DNA of 63,964 nt, filler included, from Choristocarpus tenellus KU-1152 (Eukaryota > Protista > Phaeophyceae): NCBI GenBank assembly GCA_964200185.2. It is 12 parts of 12 records of this genome, joined end to end, with 100 filler letters (N's around TTAATTAATTAA, not from the genome) between each part and the next. Parts side by side here need not be neighbours in the genome. Positions count along the whole stretch, not along the records: positions 47,376 to 50,641 come from CAXNAD020021161.1; positions 50,742 to 54,681 come from CAXNAD020017025.1; positions 54,782 to 58,372 come from CAXNAD020019075.1; positions 58,473 to 61,342 come from CAXNAD020024055.1; 8 more parts are not named here. The stretch is one strand, 5' to 3'. A model generated the notes under the pieces. The model did no database searches. It had not been told where the DNA came from and saw only the letters and a list, made by a program, of their open reading frames with translations. A program made the translations under genes and the position numbers. This document shows, one piece after another, positions 48,095-59,460 of this stretch (positions are counted from its first letter, which is position 1; each line of letters opens with the position of its first letter).

Positions 48095-50616
48095 GTGATA
48101 GAAAGGGGAGTACCAGTATGCGTAGGAGGAACAGGCAGGGTTGAGGAGAGACTAGAGGATGGAAACCACAAGAGTGCAAGAAGCAGAAGTAAGGCCCTCC
48201 TAGAAAAGGTAGTGAGTGACGTGACCCATGGTAGAGCACTAGTGTTTCCAAAAAGGATATGGAGGAAGATTCCAGGATTGCAGGTGTCCCCAGTTGGAGT
48301 AATCCAAGAACCTACGAAGGTAAGGATCATTCATGATCTGTCGTGTCAGCAAGAGAGTTGGGGTCTGAGTGTGAATGAGGAAACAGAGTTGGCAGATGCT
48401 CCCCCAGTATATTATGGGACAGTTCTGGAAGACGTGATTACGAGGATTGTAGGATTAAGGAATAAGTTCCGTAAGGTGAGAATCGTGATTAGTAAGATGG
48501 ACGTTAAAGCTGCTTTTCGCCAAGTACCAGTAGAACCACAAGGGGCAGCAAAGTTTGGATATTGTGTGGGAGATTTGTTGGTGATTGTCTTTAGACTCCA
48601 ATTTGGTTGGAGGAATAGCCCTCGGTGGTGGGATTTATTGGCAAGTGCCCTAGAATTTTCACACTGTCATACAGATCCCAAGTCAGCAGTATTTCTCAAA
48701 GAAGCAGAAAGGATTGCTGTAGGTATAGATCACTCACACCAGAAGGGCAGGAGGGAGGTTAGTGCCATAGATGAGACATGAAATGTGCAGGAGGTAGAGG
48801 GGGGGGGGGAGAGGACTCTTTTTTTGCAAGAATGTATATAGATGATAGCATCTTGGTAGAGCCCCAACGGTTCGAAGATGGGCGGAGACTGAAGTTGGCA
48901 ACAAGTTCCTTAGTCTCCGATCACGTAAGTTTTCTAGACAAGAGAGACATAGATGAGCCCCTCATTTTGTCAGCAAAAAAAATTACAGGCTAGCATACTA
49001 CACAGGTAGTGGTAGGATGGAGCATAGACACAGAAATGATGACCATCGCCTTACCAGATGGAAAGCTGAAGGGGCTGAAGTCGCTGTTAGCAGAGTGGCC
49101 AGAGTCGAAGTCGGTAGCCAGGGTGAGGGAGGTATGGGTGCTGTTGGGCAGACTATTCCACATGTCGTACGTCATATGCCCAGGGAGATTTTTTCTTTGG
49201 CGGCTGATACAATTGTCGGGGTTGCACCAGAAGGGGGGTTGGTTGAGAAGGATAGCGACTGGGGGGGGCAGGGCGAACAGAGGGAAGGTTAAAAAGTAGG
49301 AGATAGGGAGATTAGGATAGGGACAGAATTTAAGGAGGACTTGTATTGGTGAAGGTGAGTGGTAGAACATGGTCTGGCAGAGGAGGGAGAAAACTTGAGT
49401 TCCCCCTTCTTGGGTTTGGTGTCAAGGCCCCCACGGATGAAATGGTATTCAGATGCGTGTTTTTCAGTAGTAGGAGGGTACAATGTAGAGAAGGGTAAGT
49501 GGCGGAGGTATGATTTTCCAGAACACTTGATGAATGATATTACACGTAGTGTGATTAAAGGAGAAGAAGGGATTATATCAAACAATGTCTTAGAGTTACT
49601 AGGGATGACAATGAATGCATGGATACTGGTCAAGAAGGTGAAGGGGAAGACAGACAAGAAGTGAGATCCAGTGTTGCTTAGAGGGGGCAACTACTCTGCA
49701 GTGTATTGGTTCCGTAAGTGTGGGGGGGCAAAGGATAGGAGGGCGGGGGGGTTGATGAGAATAATGGGGATGTTGGAGATAGCAGGGGAATGACCATTTG
49801 CAGCGGAACACGTCGCAGGCAAGCAGAATGACCTCGCAGATGGTATATCGAGGTGGAAGAGGGATGAGATTCATTCTAACCTCCAACATGTTTGCTCACG
49901 TATTGATTGGCAAGAACAGCCCCTGGGTCGGGAAGGGAAGATGGTGTGTTTGAGTGCCTCACAGTATTGTACGCCAGAGGATCGGTTGCGCCATCTACTC
50001 AGAATTGTTATGAGGCAGCTTGGGACCAATGCTCTGAGTTTCTTACATATAGAGGATTGAGTAGGTGGTTAGATCCTAGGAGTCGAGAGATAGATGTAGT
50101 GAAGGCCCTAGCAGAGTTCATGTGTTTTTGTTGCGGGAGCGGGGGGAACCAAGTAAGCACAGTTAAGGGTAAGATAGCAGCAATCCAATACTACCACACA
50201 CAATTCCTCAACTTCAAACCCCCCTCACAACATTTCATGATCCAATCGGTACTCAAAGGAATAGGGAAGCGCCACACAAAATTAGGGAGCGAGCCCAGGA
50301 AGAGGGGACCCTCAACATGGAGAATGATTGTAGAGACAAAGCAATGCACGGAAATGCTAGGTAGGGAAGGTAAATTGACAAGGCTAGGCTTGGGTTTCTC
50401 GTTCTTCTTTCTAGCCCGAGCTTCAGAATTGTGAGCCTATGATGAAGGGGGGGGAATTCATGGAGATTTCACAGTAAGAAGGAGGGATGTAGCCTGGAGG
50501 AAGGGTGTAGAAAGATTAAGTTGGGAGGATAGACACCAGGCAGAGAAAGTACAGGTAACATTTACAGGGTCTAAAGGGGACCAGGGGGTAGGAAGGGAGC
50601 AGTTTTGACAAGTTTT
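48095..50616 (+). mobile_element. DIRS-order (DIRS/Ngaro-like) tyrosine-recombinase retrotransposon, inactivated
   Basis: RT KVRIIHDLS, KMDVKAAFRQVP, RLQFGWRNSP, MYIDD; RNase H YSDAC, NNVLELLG, EHVAGKQNDLADGISR; YR N-terminal region plus FFFLARASEL and GSKGDQ; in-frame stops and frameshifts; MITE terminus at 50617-50641. Confidence 0.9.
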
Positions 50617-50741
50617 GACCCAAAGTATCAGGGAGGGGGGTNNNNNNNNNNNNNNNNNNNNNNNNNNNNNNNNNNNNNNNNNNNNTTAATTAATTAANNN
50701 NNNNNNNNNNNNNNNNNNNNNNNNNNNNNNNNNNNNNNNNN

Positions 50742-50866
50742 CATATGTATATAGTTTTCATTGGTTTTCCCCTGACACATCTGCAAAATGTCAGATAATA
50801 ATATTATATGGAGTTGTCCCCCCTGACACATCTGCAAAATGTCAGAGGGCATAATAAAAAAATAAT
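50742..50866 (+). mobile_element. 3' end of the CRE-like LINE family with duplicated terminal hairpin
   Basis: CTGACACATCTGCAAAATGTCAG at 50772-50794 and 50823-50845, each followed by an AAT-rich tail. Confidence 0.6.
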
Positions 50867-51455
50867 GGAGTTTGGATAATATATCTAACAGATTTTCATG
50901 AATGAAATCAATCTTCTAGCATCATGATGGATGGGGTCTAAGCCAGCCAGTGGATATCCTATATGATAACGACCACTCAGTCTCCAACACAAACACACAC
51001 ACACACATATAAATGTATTAAGAAAATATAAATGTACTACATCACAACACACACGTAGTTTGATATTATTGTATGCTACTAAACTTCTTCAACAAGTACT
51101 TTCAATATGATTTTCCTCATTCACACATTTACTGGTCACGTTACCATCAAATTTAAATATTCAATATTGTCGTTTCATGATCAATAGAAATGGCTCTTTC
51201 TGTCCCTATAGTACCAGGGGTGATACTTTATGAGTGTCACGTGAGACAGGACAGAGGACATCATGATTATTTGAAGCCAGTTGACTTGTAAGTTGTGTGT
51301 GTAATGTATCGCAATTCCTTTATGTATGGTTTGGGAGTGATCTTTTTACCGCCTTGGCAACGTCGATAGTGCCTCATCTAGAAACACAGCAGTCGTCTTT
51401 TCGTGGTTGCTCTCTCTTTGGATTTCGTCAGGTCTTAATTTGGGCTGCAGTCTGC

Positions 51456-52744
51456 ATGATTCCTTCAAGCATGCCTACGTGGGCAGTATGGTTTGCAGTG
51501 ACTTCCCTCTTCGTGACTCGATTGGCTGGAGCTTGTACAACCATCGTGGTTGGTCGCAATGCAAGCGCTGATGGGTCCACCATGTGCACACACAATGTCG
51601 ATTGCTTGGACTGCGACTTCCGACTCGGTCGTGTCCCTGCTCGCGACTGGCCAGCAGGCTCAATGCGCCCGGTGACAAAGTTTCGGGCTGAGTACCCAAG
51701 GACAGGTGACAGGGGCGCTATCTCTCTCTCGTTTCTAATATTGGATGCCTGTATCACTATCAATTGTTACCTTACGGTGGGTGAACTGCATGACTTCTAC
51801 AGACACTTAAGGAAAAGAGCCGGTATTGTGGACAATGATTTGAAATGTCCTGACGAGAAAGTTTGATCATGTTCAAGACTACACACTGTTAGGTATGGTG
51901 ATGTGCACACCATGAGGAATAATATTCATATCATCAATCCAGCTGTTCATCCTGTTTGGTCATCCGTCTCTTAATGCTATATGTGACGCACAAAGTTCTG
52001 TTCGAGCACCTTCTGCCTGTCACCAGTTTACCGAGATCTTCATCTAGTCCATATTTCCTATTGGTGTTTTGACCGCAAGGAGGCCGAAGGGTAAGACCTA
52101 CCACTGTTCGATTTAGTTGATCCTAACTTTATCAGGAGGATCACTACCGCCATTGTTCGCCATCCAAGGTACGACCACCTCCAATACCCACCACGTTCAA
52201 GCAAACATCATCGCTGTCCAAATGGCAGCAGTACATTCACTTGTTAACACTACCTGCTATGCAGAATAAGAATAGTCTAAATCTGCACACCTGCTACTTC
52301 GCTCACTTCATGAACCTCAGTCACCCAATCCCCTACTCAACAGTCCTGTCGCCCTCAACCCACTCTGGATAGTCACCGAGGACCGTGGTATGACGTGGAC
52401 TCCGGAAAACCTGGACTCAGAGCTCGAACAGCATGGTGTTTGGCTGGAAGATTCCTGGAGGGAATCTATGGTGCTTGGGCACATCCCCCAGGTACTGTCT
52501 CCTATTCGTCTCCTATTGTTTTGTTCGCAGTTGTTGTGATGTGAAGTTGGAGGAGGGAGTAAGAAGAGGTTGTGCTTGTTTTTTTAGTTAGGCATCGTTA
52601 GTGTTTAATAGCCTTTGAAATATACTCACCCACCCCTTGCCATGTGTTTTCATATCTCAACTAACAATGGCACTCACTACTGTGCAGGTTAACCACACTT
52701 TCGCCTACTTGGAAGGCTCTTACGGGATCATCAATGAGAAGCAG
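51456..52744 (+). CDS. Peptidase family C69 (dipeptidase/secernin-like Ntn hydrolase), first three exons
   Basis: Exons 51456 (or ATG 51471)-51705, 52373-52491, 52688-52744, phase-consistent; signal-peptide-like leader then CTTIVVGRNASADGSTMCTHNVD; LGHIPQVNHTFAYLEGSYGIINEKQ; remaining exons not found in this contig. Confidence 0.85.
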
Positions 52745-54006
52745 GTAAGTGCAGGACTTGCAGAAGGGAAACCAAAGAGTACAAAATTCTCTGTCTGTAA
52801 TGGTGGGGTGAATCGAAACAGTCTCCTCAATTATTCATGCATCATTTTTTTGGAACCCTCCCCAACCCGAAATCTCCACATGACCTACTAAAGGGTAACT
52901 AAAGGGTGATCTTTGTAGGTTGGTAGGGGGTGATGAAAACAGTTATCTCTGCGGTTCATGATGTTCCTTGTGTATTTCTCCCCCAAACCTATAGATCCCT
53001 ACAATACTTAGATTTTGCACCCTATGTTGATGCAGTTTCTTGTGGAGATCCAATGAGTATGAAAGAAGGAAGAACCGTAATAGTAGTATGATTTTCTTCA
53101 TCCTTATACCTATCTTTTTGTCTGTGAGTGGTGGCACTAGTCAATTCCAATGCATTAGGGATAAGGTAGTGCCCTAAGTCCTCGTGGAAAACCTATGCTT
53201 CTTCTATCGGTGCAATCCTTTCGCTGCAAGGGGAGTTCTATGTCATATGGCGGTGTCAAAGAAATCAAGTCCTCCTTCTTTCGGATTGAGAACAATTAGA
53301 ATGTCGTTGGAGTCAGAGTATTCATTGTGTTCTTAAAAGAAGGCTGATATAACAGTGTTTCGCTAGCAGGGATACATTTTAGTCGTAAATTTGTAATCTT
53401 GCCTCGCCTTTTTGCCAATCGAAGTTGCCAAGCCTCTTTGCATCAAAGATGAGGTGTTACACACGCCCGTCTTCGTTGCCTCTACATATTGGTAAGATTT
53501 AAGTCAATGCCCATTTCTATGGGAACCCTTCATGTGCAATATTGCCCATTCTGTGAAGTTATCAACTTCCAAGCAATCTGTTAATGCTGTAGTTAGAAGA
53601 CTCTGGGAGGGAGGCTGATGCAGAGGAAGCACCAGGATATTCACATGGCGTTTTTTTGTCTTGATGGTCTACATTCGGGGGTAATGGGGTTATGGTCTCT
53701 CCTGGTGACCTATGTTTGGAATTTTGTGGGCACATACGCTTTTGGAGTCTCAACTGCAATGCCATGATGAAAATGGGGACTGTGGCGAGTCGATAAATAG
53801 ATGCATGTTGTGGCCCTGCAAGAGAGAGTCCTAAAGATGGGCAGGGTAGTGAGATTCCCACCAATGTCAGCGAGGAGAGACTGAGTCACTACTGTACTGG
53901 TGTTTGTTTGTGTCATGCTCACCATATGACAGCTCACACTGAACACCCTCTGAGCATGCCAGGAATCGTTTGTGTGGCGTAGCTCTGCTGGTCGAAGGGG
54001 ATTACC

Positions 54007-54037
<31 letters not shown>

Positions 54038-54662
54038 TTCTTGTTTTATGTGTTAGTCCCACAATAGGAAGCGATCTTACACTCCATTTAATTTTTTTAT
54101 TTGTTACGTATGCTGGAGTGTATGGCAGCATGTGCTTGTCGTATGCGTCGAGAAAATACGAGGAAAACCTGTTGCTGGGACACCAATGACACCAATCCGC
54201 ATCCCCCTACTGCATTTCTCTTCCACAAGTGCTAAACAAAAAACAGAGAGAGAGAGAGAGAGATAGATAGATAGATAGAAACAGACTCACACGCTTCCAT
54301 CTTCTATCAACAACGCAGTTTCAAACGTTTGCACATGAATAGTGCACAGTATGTTGACACACACGCCTATCTATCCGTACCAAGTACATGTTCTCACTTC
54401 CCCGAGATGTATTCTCAACTTTTTTTTTTTTTTTGTTCGATCGACTCGCCGAAGAGTTAATGTTAATGCCATGGAAGAGCTAATGTCATGTCACACTCTG
54501 TTGGTCTGCATGGTATGTGTGCCCCTCCCTCCTCCTCCAAAGAGGAGACCTTAAACAAAACGAGCAGTGACTTTTCACTTTCAAGGGGCACACACCGTTA
54601 CTTTTTTCTCTGGCATTGTGCTTTTCGAGGGCGCTTCAGCAAGCAGACAATGAGAGCACTTT

Positions 54663-54807
54663 GGCTCGAAGTATCTGGAAGNNNNNNNNNNNNNNNNNNN
54701 NNNNNNNNNNNNNNNNNNNNNNNNNTTAATTAATTAANNNNNNNNNNNNNNNNNNNNNNNNNNNNNNNNNNNNNNNNNNNNCCACTCCCCTCCAGATACT
54801 TTGACCC
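54663..54807. mobile_element. Two MITE termini flanking a linker (54663-54681 and 54782-54807)
   Basis: GGCTCGAAGTATCTGGAAG before the gap and CCCCTCCAGATACTTTGACCC after it; outer flanks do not form a TSD. Confidence 0.65.
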
Positions 54808-56915
54808 TGTACGCCGCTTAGCCTTCATCAAGGTTCTCCCTGAGACTCTACCGTGACTCCTGCCCTATGTCTCCAAGGTGTATGGGGACACCGGTAATCT
54901 TCCTTTCTCCCTGGATGAAGGAGGGATGAAGATACTGCCATCGATATCAGGGGCACAACAAGGGGACCCCCTTGACCCCTACATATATTGCATGACGACC
55001 TCCAAAGTCCTACATCAGGTCCAGTCTGCCTTTGGACCCAGGGGGTTTCCTCCCGACTATCTGGATGACCCATCCATTTCGGCAAGGGAGATTGGCCCCG
55101 GCACCATAATTGCTTTCGAGCAGTTAAAAACTGATCTTCATGAGGTAGTCATTGCCCGGAATATGGACAAGACCTTTGTCGCACCTCCCCAGCACCACCA
55201 GCCCATGCCCTCAGAATTGGAGCTTCTATCCACAGGGGGAATTAACCTGGCCCCGAACCCAAATGGTAATGTGACCTGGCTCTTCAACTCCTGGTCCCTC
55301 TCCTCCCGCCTAGGCTATATGGCTAGGGTCATTCCCCCCCACCTGGCACACTCCACCTTGAAGCAAGCAGACAACACCACGTTATGGACATTGGAGAAGA
55401 TAGTGGAGGTAGCAGACCAACAGAAGCTACGGAATTTCTTGAGGGAGGGTGTAATAATGGGTCTCACCACCTAGAGACCCACTAATAAGTACAGGCACAG
55501 ATGCCCACAAGTGCGGGGGGGTTGGGCCTCTCCTCTATGGAGCACCGTCAACATGCAGCATTCGTGGGATCACTAGTGGCCACTCTCCCCACCCTCCAAG
55601 CAAGGTAACAAGAGCCTCATGGCGGGTCCTCCTCACAAGCCATTTGTGCAAGCCCCACAGTACAGGCCCTCTGATCGTCCATCCACACCCTCCTCTCTAC
55701 GGGTTTCCCTCAGAAGACCTAGCGGATATCATTGGCCAAGACTGGGTAACCTGGGGGGAAACAATACTCCCCACTCCGGCCTCAGAGATCCACACTCTGA
55801 CAGCTCACGATGTCAGGATTACGAGGAGGGCACAACACGAGATCACCCACCTCCTAGACAGGATCTGCTTCGACTCTTTCCGGACGCAACTGGCTGCCTT
55901 TCATGATGAAGTGGAGCAAGGTAAGGGAAGTTCCGTGCTAGCCTAGGCACGCCATCGGAGCCAATGTGGACAAGGGGAAAATGCATGGGCCTCAACACAG
56001 CCCTGGAGCTGGCATGCCAGATCCCCCCCATCGAGTTCAAGCTCACGGCCAGCTGGTCCCTAGGGAGACAGGAGGCCTTATCAAATAGGTGCCCAGTGAC
56101 TGGTTGCAGGAAACAAAATGTGGATACCAGACATGCCCGCACCAGCCCTAGGGCAGGAGGACAGGTTCGCCAACACATACCGATGGTAAAACGTCTGGGG
56201 CAACTATGCAAAGGAATGGGCATCCCTTGCACTATTGAGCACGGCGGCCCATTCACTATAAACAAGAATTTCCGCATGGATCTGGTCTTCCGTGCTGGTG
56301 CACTCGTGGACGCCGGATCATCTCCTTACAGAGACAAAGGCCTCCTCCTGGACGTTACGTTTGCTGAAGTGCAGGCAGCATCTCACCTGCCACACTCATC
56401 CAACAGCAATAGCAATGGTGTAGCTGCTGCTGCAGCTGTAGTGTGAAAGCGCACCCACTATGAGGACTCTTTTGACCATCCTAGTTATAACCTCAACACC
56501 TTCGGGGTGGAAAGGTTTGGGCGCCTTGGTAAGCAAGCGGAAAGTTTCCTGGATGAGCTAGCTACACACGCAGTAGGGGGAAGTGGAACTGGAGGCTACA
56601 GCCGGAAAGGGGCGGTTAAATCCCGCCTATGACAAATAGTCTCTGTAACAACGCAGTTGGCCCTGTCTAGACGTGTCATGTGTTTTAAGCTGGAGTCACC
56701 AGGGAGATGGACAAGGAGGGGCTTGTTAGGTTCTTGGGATGCTTCCCGAGCTCCTCACCCTGGGGTGCTTGGAGGCAAAGGATGGCAGTGGTACGACATA
56801 TCTGGCAGTACAATAGGAAATAGATGAGTGATTTTCACATTTATGACAACTGTTACTTTTTTAGGGTTTTTTCTGACATGTGAATAGTTTTCATTGTTTT
56901 TTCCCCTGACACTTG
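54808..56915 (+). mobile_element. CRE-like non-LTR retrotransposon with restriction-like endonuclease (RLE), inactivated
   Basis: RT GAQQGDPL and YLDD; GGLGL; degenerate CCHC CPVTGC..HARTS; RLE FRMDLV..LLLDVTF..KRTHY..FGVERFGRLG; in-frame stops (e.g. 55472, 55944, 56444). Confidence 0.85.
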
Positions 56916-58050
56916 CACTATCCTGTCTGTAGCTTTACCATGAAAAATGGAAACTTCCAGGATTTACCTTCAAGTGCTATTGCCTGCGTCACTTTTTATC
57001 TATTTTATTCCAGCTTACTTTAAAGAGATGTCCTCGAATTGCACCTTCACATACAATTTGTGGATCCTCTGTACATACTCTATTAAGCAGATCAGCACAA
57101 TACTGGTAAGCAATTGCTGGAATTATTTAGTTTACTCAATATATATATATGCATAGATTTTCCAGATGAAGATATTTTTGAAAAGACTTCAAGATGAGTT
57201 GAAACTCAAGCAGAAAAATGGTCAAATCATTGATACTTAACCGATGACTCCGACTTAGTTCTTACAACAAGATTCTCACCTGAACAAAGTATTATACTTT
57301 GTTGTAAGAACAGAATTCCATAAGCACACTTTTAATATTTAACCCAGTCATTAGAAGTAAGTTATTGGAGGTCGGTTCAGCAGAAGATTTGAGGGAGAGA
57401 TAGAGCGACAAGTGGTTGGAGTGCTGAACCCAGCACGCGAGAAGCAAGGAAGGCACGGAGGTAGTTACATTTGTCGTAGAGCAACGCTATTTTGTCGAAG
57501 TAGAAGTTGAGTATCTATTTCTCTATGTACTACAGTATGTAGTACCATTAATAATATAAAGACACGCCTGTGAAAGATTGTGTCAGTTACTACTCAAAAA
57601 ACAAACTCCAGACATATCATGCGTATGAACTGGAGACAACCGGTCAGTGGGCTAGGAAGGACTTGACTGATTAATGAGATTCTTCTCATTGTTCTCAACC
57701 GTCTTGTGTCAGTTTAGGACCAGTTTCAACTGCAAATAAATGCAGTTGCTCTTATTAGCAGTAGGCCTTCCTGCTTTCTCGTGTTTCAAATACTTGATTG
57801 GTTTTTCTTTTTCAGACTCTGCAATTGGTGTTGTTTTTCTTTTTTCTTTTTTTCTTTGCTTTACGTTTAAACTTCCTCCTATACAAAATCTCTGCAAAAT
57901 GGCATTGGACTTAACAATACAATTAATGCTTATCATAGTACAGTAGGTGCCCCAATTTTGTTCACCCATGGACATGCCGGAAAAAAGCGGTACAGAATTG
58001 ATGTGNNNNNNNNNNGTACAATATCGTTTTGTACCACTTGGTACAAAAAC

Positions 58051-58315
58051 GGGAAATCAATCGTCGAATCGACTAACAATCGTGGCATTCGGGGGAAATC
58101 AATCATGGAATCGAGTAATTAATCGTGGTTAACTGGGAAATCAATCGTTGAAGCGACTGATTAATCGTGTCATTCCTGGGAAATCAATCATGGAATCGAG
58201 TAATTAATTGTGGTGATCTCGGAAATCATTCGTCGAATCGACAAACAATCGTGGCATTCGTGGGAAATCAATCGTAGAAGCGACTAATTAATCGTGACGA
58301 GCTGGAAAATCATTC
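58051..58315. repeat. About 42-bp minisatellite, 6 units plus a partial unit
   Basis: Units GGGAAATCAATCRTNGAAKCGASTAA..ATCGTG at about 58051, 58093, 58135, 58178, 58220 and 58262. Confidence 0.9.
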
Positions 58316-58472
58316 ATAAGCTTCATGGATAGGATGGAAACGATTACGAGCGCTTTTTTAAAATGATGTTTANNNNNNNNNNNNNNNNNNNNNNNNNNNN
58401 NNNNNNNNNNNNNNNNTTAATTAATTAANNNNNNNNNNNNNNNNNNNNNNNNNNNNNNNNNNNNNNNNNNNN

Positions 58473-58826
58473 AGCCCCTCTTCTTGGGGGTTTCCTGGTC
58501 TTCTCCCTTGCCCGAAGGGTCAGGGGACATTCATCATAGTCATGTCCTATTCCCCTGCACCTTGGGCACCTTCCATCTCGGTCTTCATCTTCCTCCATTC
58601 TTGCAGAGGCACCTGCGTGTCGTCCCCTGTCCAGGTTGGGGCAGTCACCTCTCACATGGCCATCTCTGCCACACAAGTAACAGACTATGCGCCCCTTCCC
58701 GCGACCCTTTTTTTTTTTACCAGCAGCTTTACTACTCACCATTCTTCCTGAAGCAAGGGCGTGATCATTCGGTTTTCGCCATCCATCTCCACGATTGGAG
58801 AGGTTAAGCACTAATGCAGTTGGCAC
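58473..58826 (-). CDS. Gag-like fragment with two CCHC zinc knuckles (probably retroelement)
   Basis: CYLCGRDGHVRGDC and CPRCRGIGHDYDEC (CX2CX4HX4C), preceded by basic KKKKGRGKGR; runs into the linker. Confidence 0.7.
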
Positions 58827-59137
58827 ACCGTCTCCTAATGTTGCTGTGGCAGCTGAAGCAGAAATCCACCCCCTACTTCCCAGAAAATGTGGGGAGGTTG
58901 GCTACCTTGACGGGGTTGCCAGCAGATGTCTTCCACCTCTCGAGATTCGGTAGGGGGAGGAGTTGTGGTAGATACCACATGCGATCCCTCCTTAGCCCCC
59001 CTTTAGGGACAAGTGTTGTGACGACTGCTCCTCCTCCTAGACTTCCAGTTCTTGCTCGCTATTGATTATACCATATCCCTTGATGATGATACTATTGCCC
59101 GTTTCAGCTTCTTGTGGCTTATATCGGGTCTGGTGAT

Positions 59138-59460
59138 GAACTGCACGGGGATCTCGTCCTCCGCGCGTCTTCTGTTGAGCTGCACCGGAGTCTAATCCTC
59201 GACGCATCTCCCGGTGAGCTGCACGGGGATCTCTTGTCCTCTGTGCGTCCTTTGTGGAGCTGGATGGGAATCTCTCGTCCTCCACATGGACTCAACTGCG
59301 CAAATACCTGCGGCACGCTGTCCCTGATGCCTCTGATCAGAGCTCCTTTCTTATCGAGCTGCATGGGGATCTCTCGTCCTCCATACGGACACATCTGCAT
59401 ATACCTACAGCATGCTGTCCCTAATGCCTATGATCAGAGCTCCCCACTCCCTCCCAGTCT
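59138..59460. repeat. Imperfect repeats (about 40-bp core, then about 99-bp duplication) upstream of the gag-like ORF
   Basis: GAGCTGCACGGGGATCTC..GTCCTC variants at about 59138, 59177, 59216, 59257 and 59356. Confidence 0.7.

Noticed and set aside
49907-50616. Phage or integron integrase
   Set aside because: Lies directly downstream of RT and RNase H on the same strand, the DIRS-order arrangement
54663-54807. A single MITE spanning the gap, implying true contig adjacency
   Set aside because: Outer flanks (CTTT vs TGTA) do not match, and the linker carries no distance information
54878-56446. Group II intron, retron or DGR reverse transcriptase
   Set aside because: QGDPL/YLDD RT followed by CCHC and RLE motifs and a tailed 3' UTR identifies a eukaryotic non-LTR retrotransposon
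58051-58315. Possible CRISPR array
   Set aside because: Whole units are homologous with no unique spacers; no cas genes; eukaryotic context
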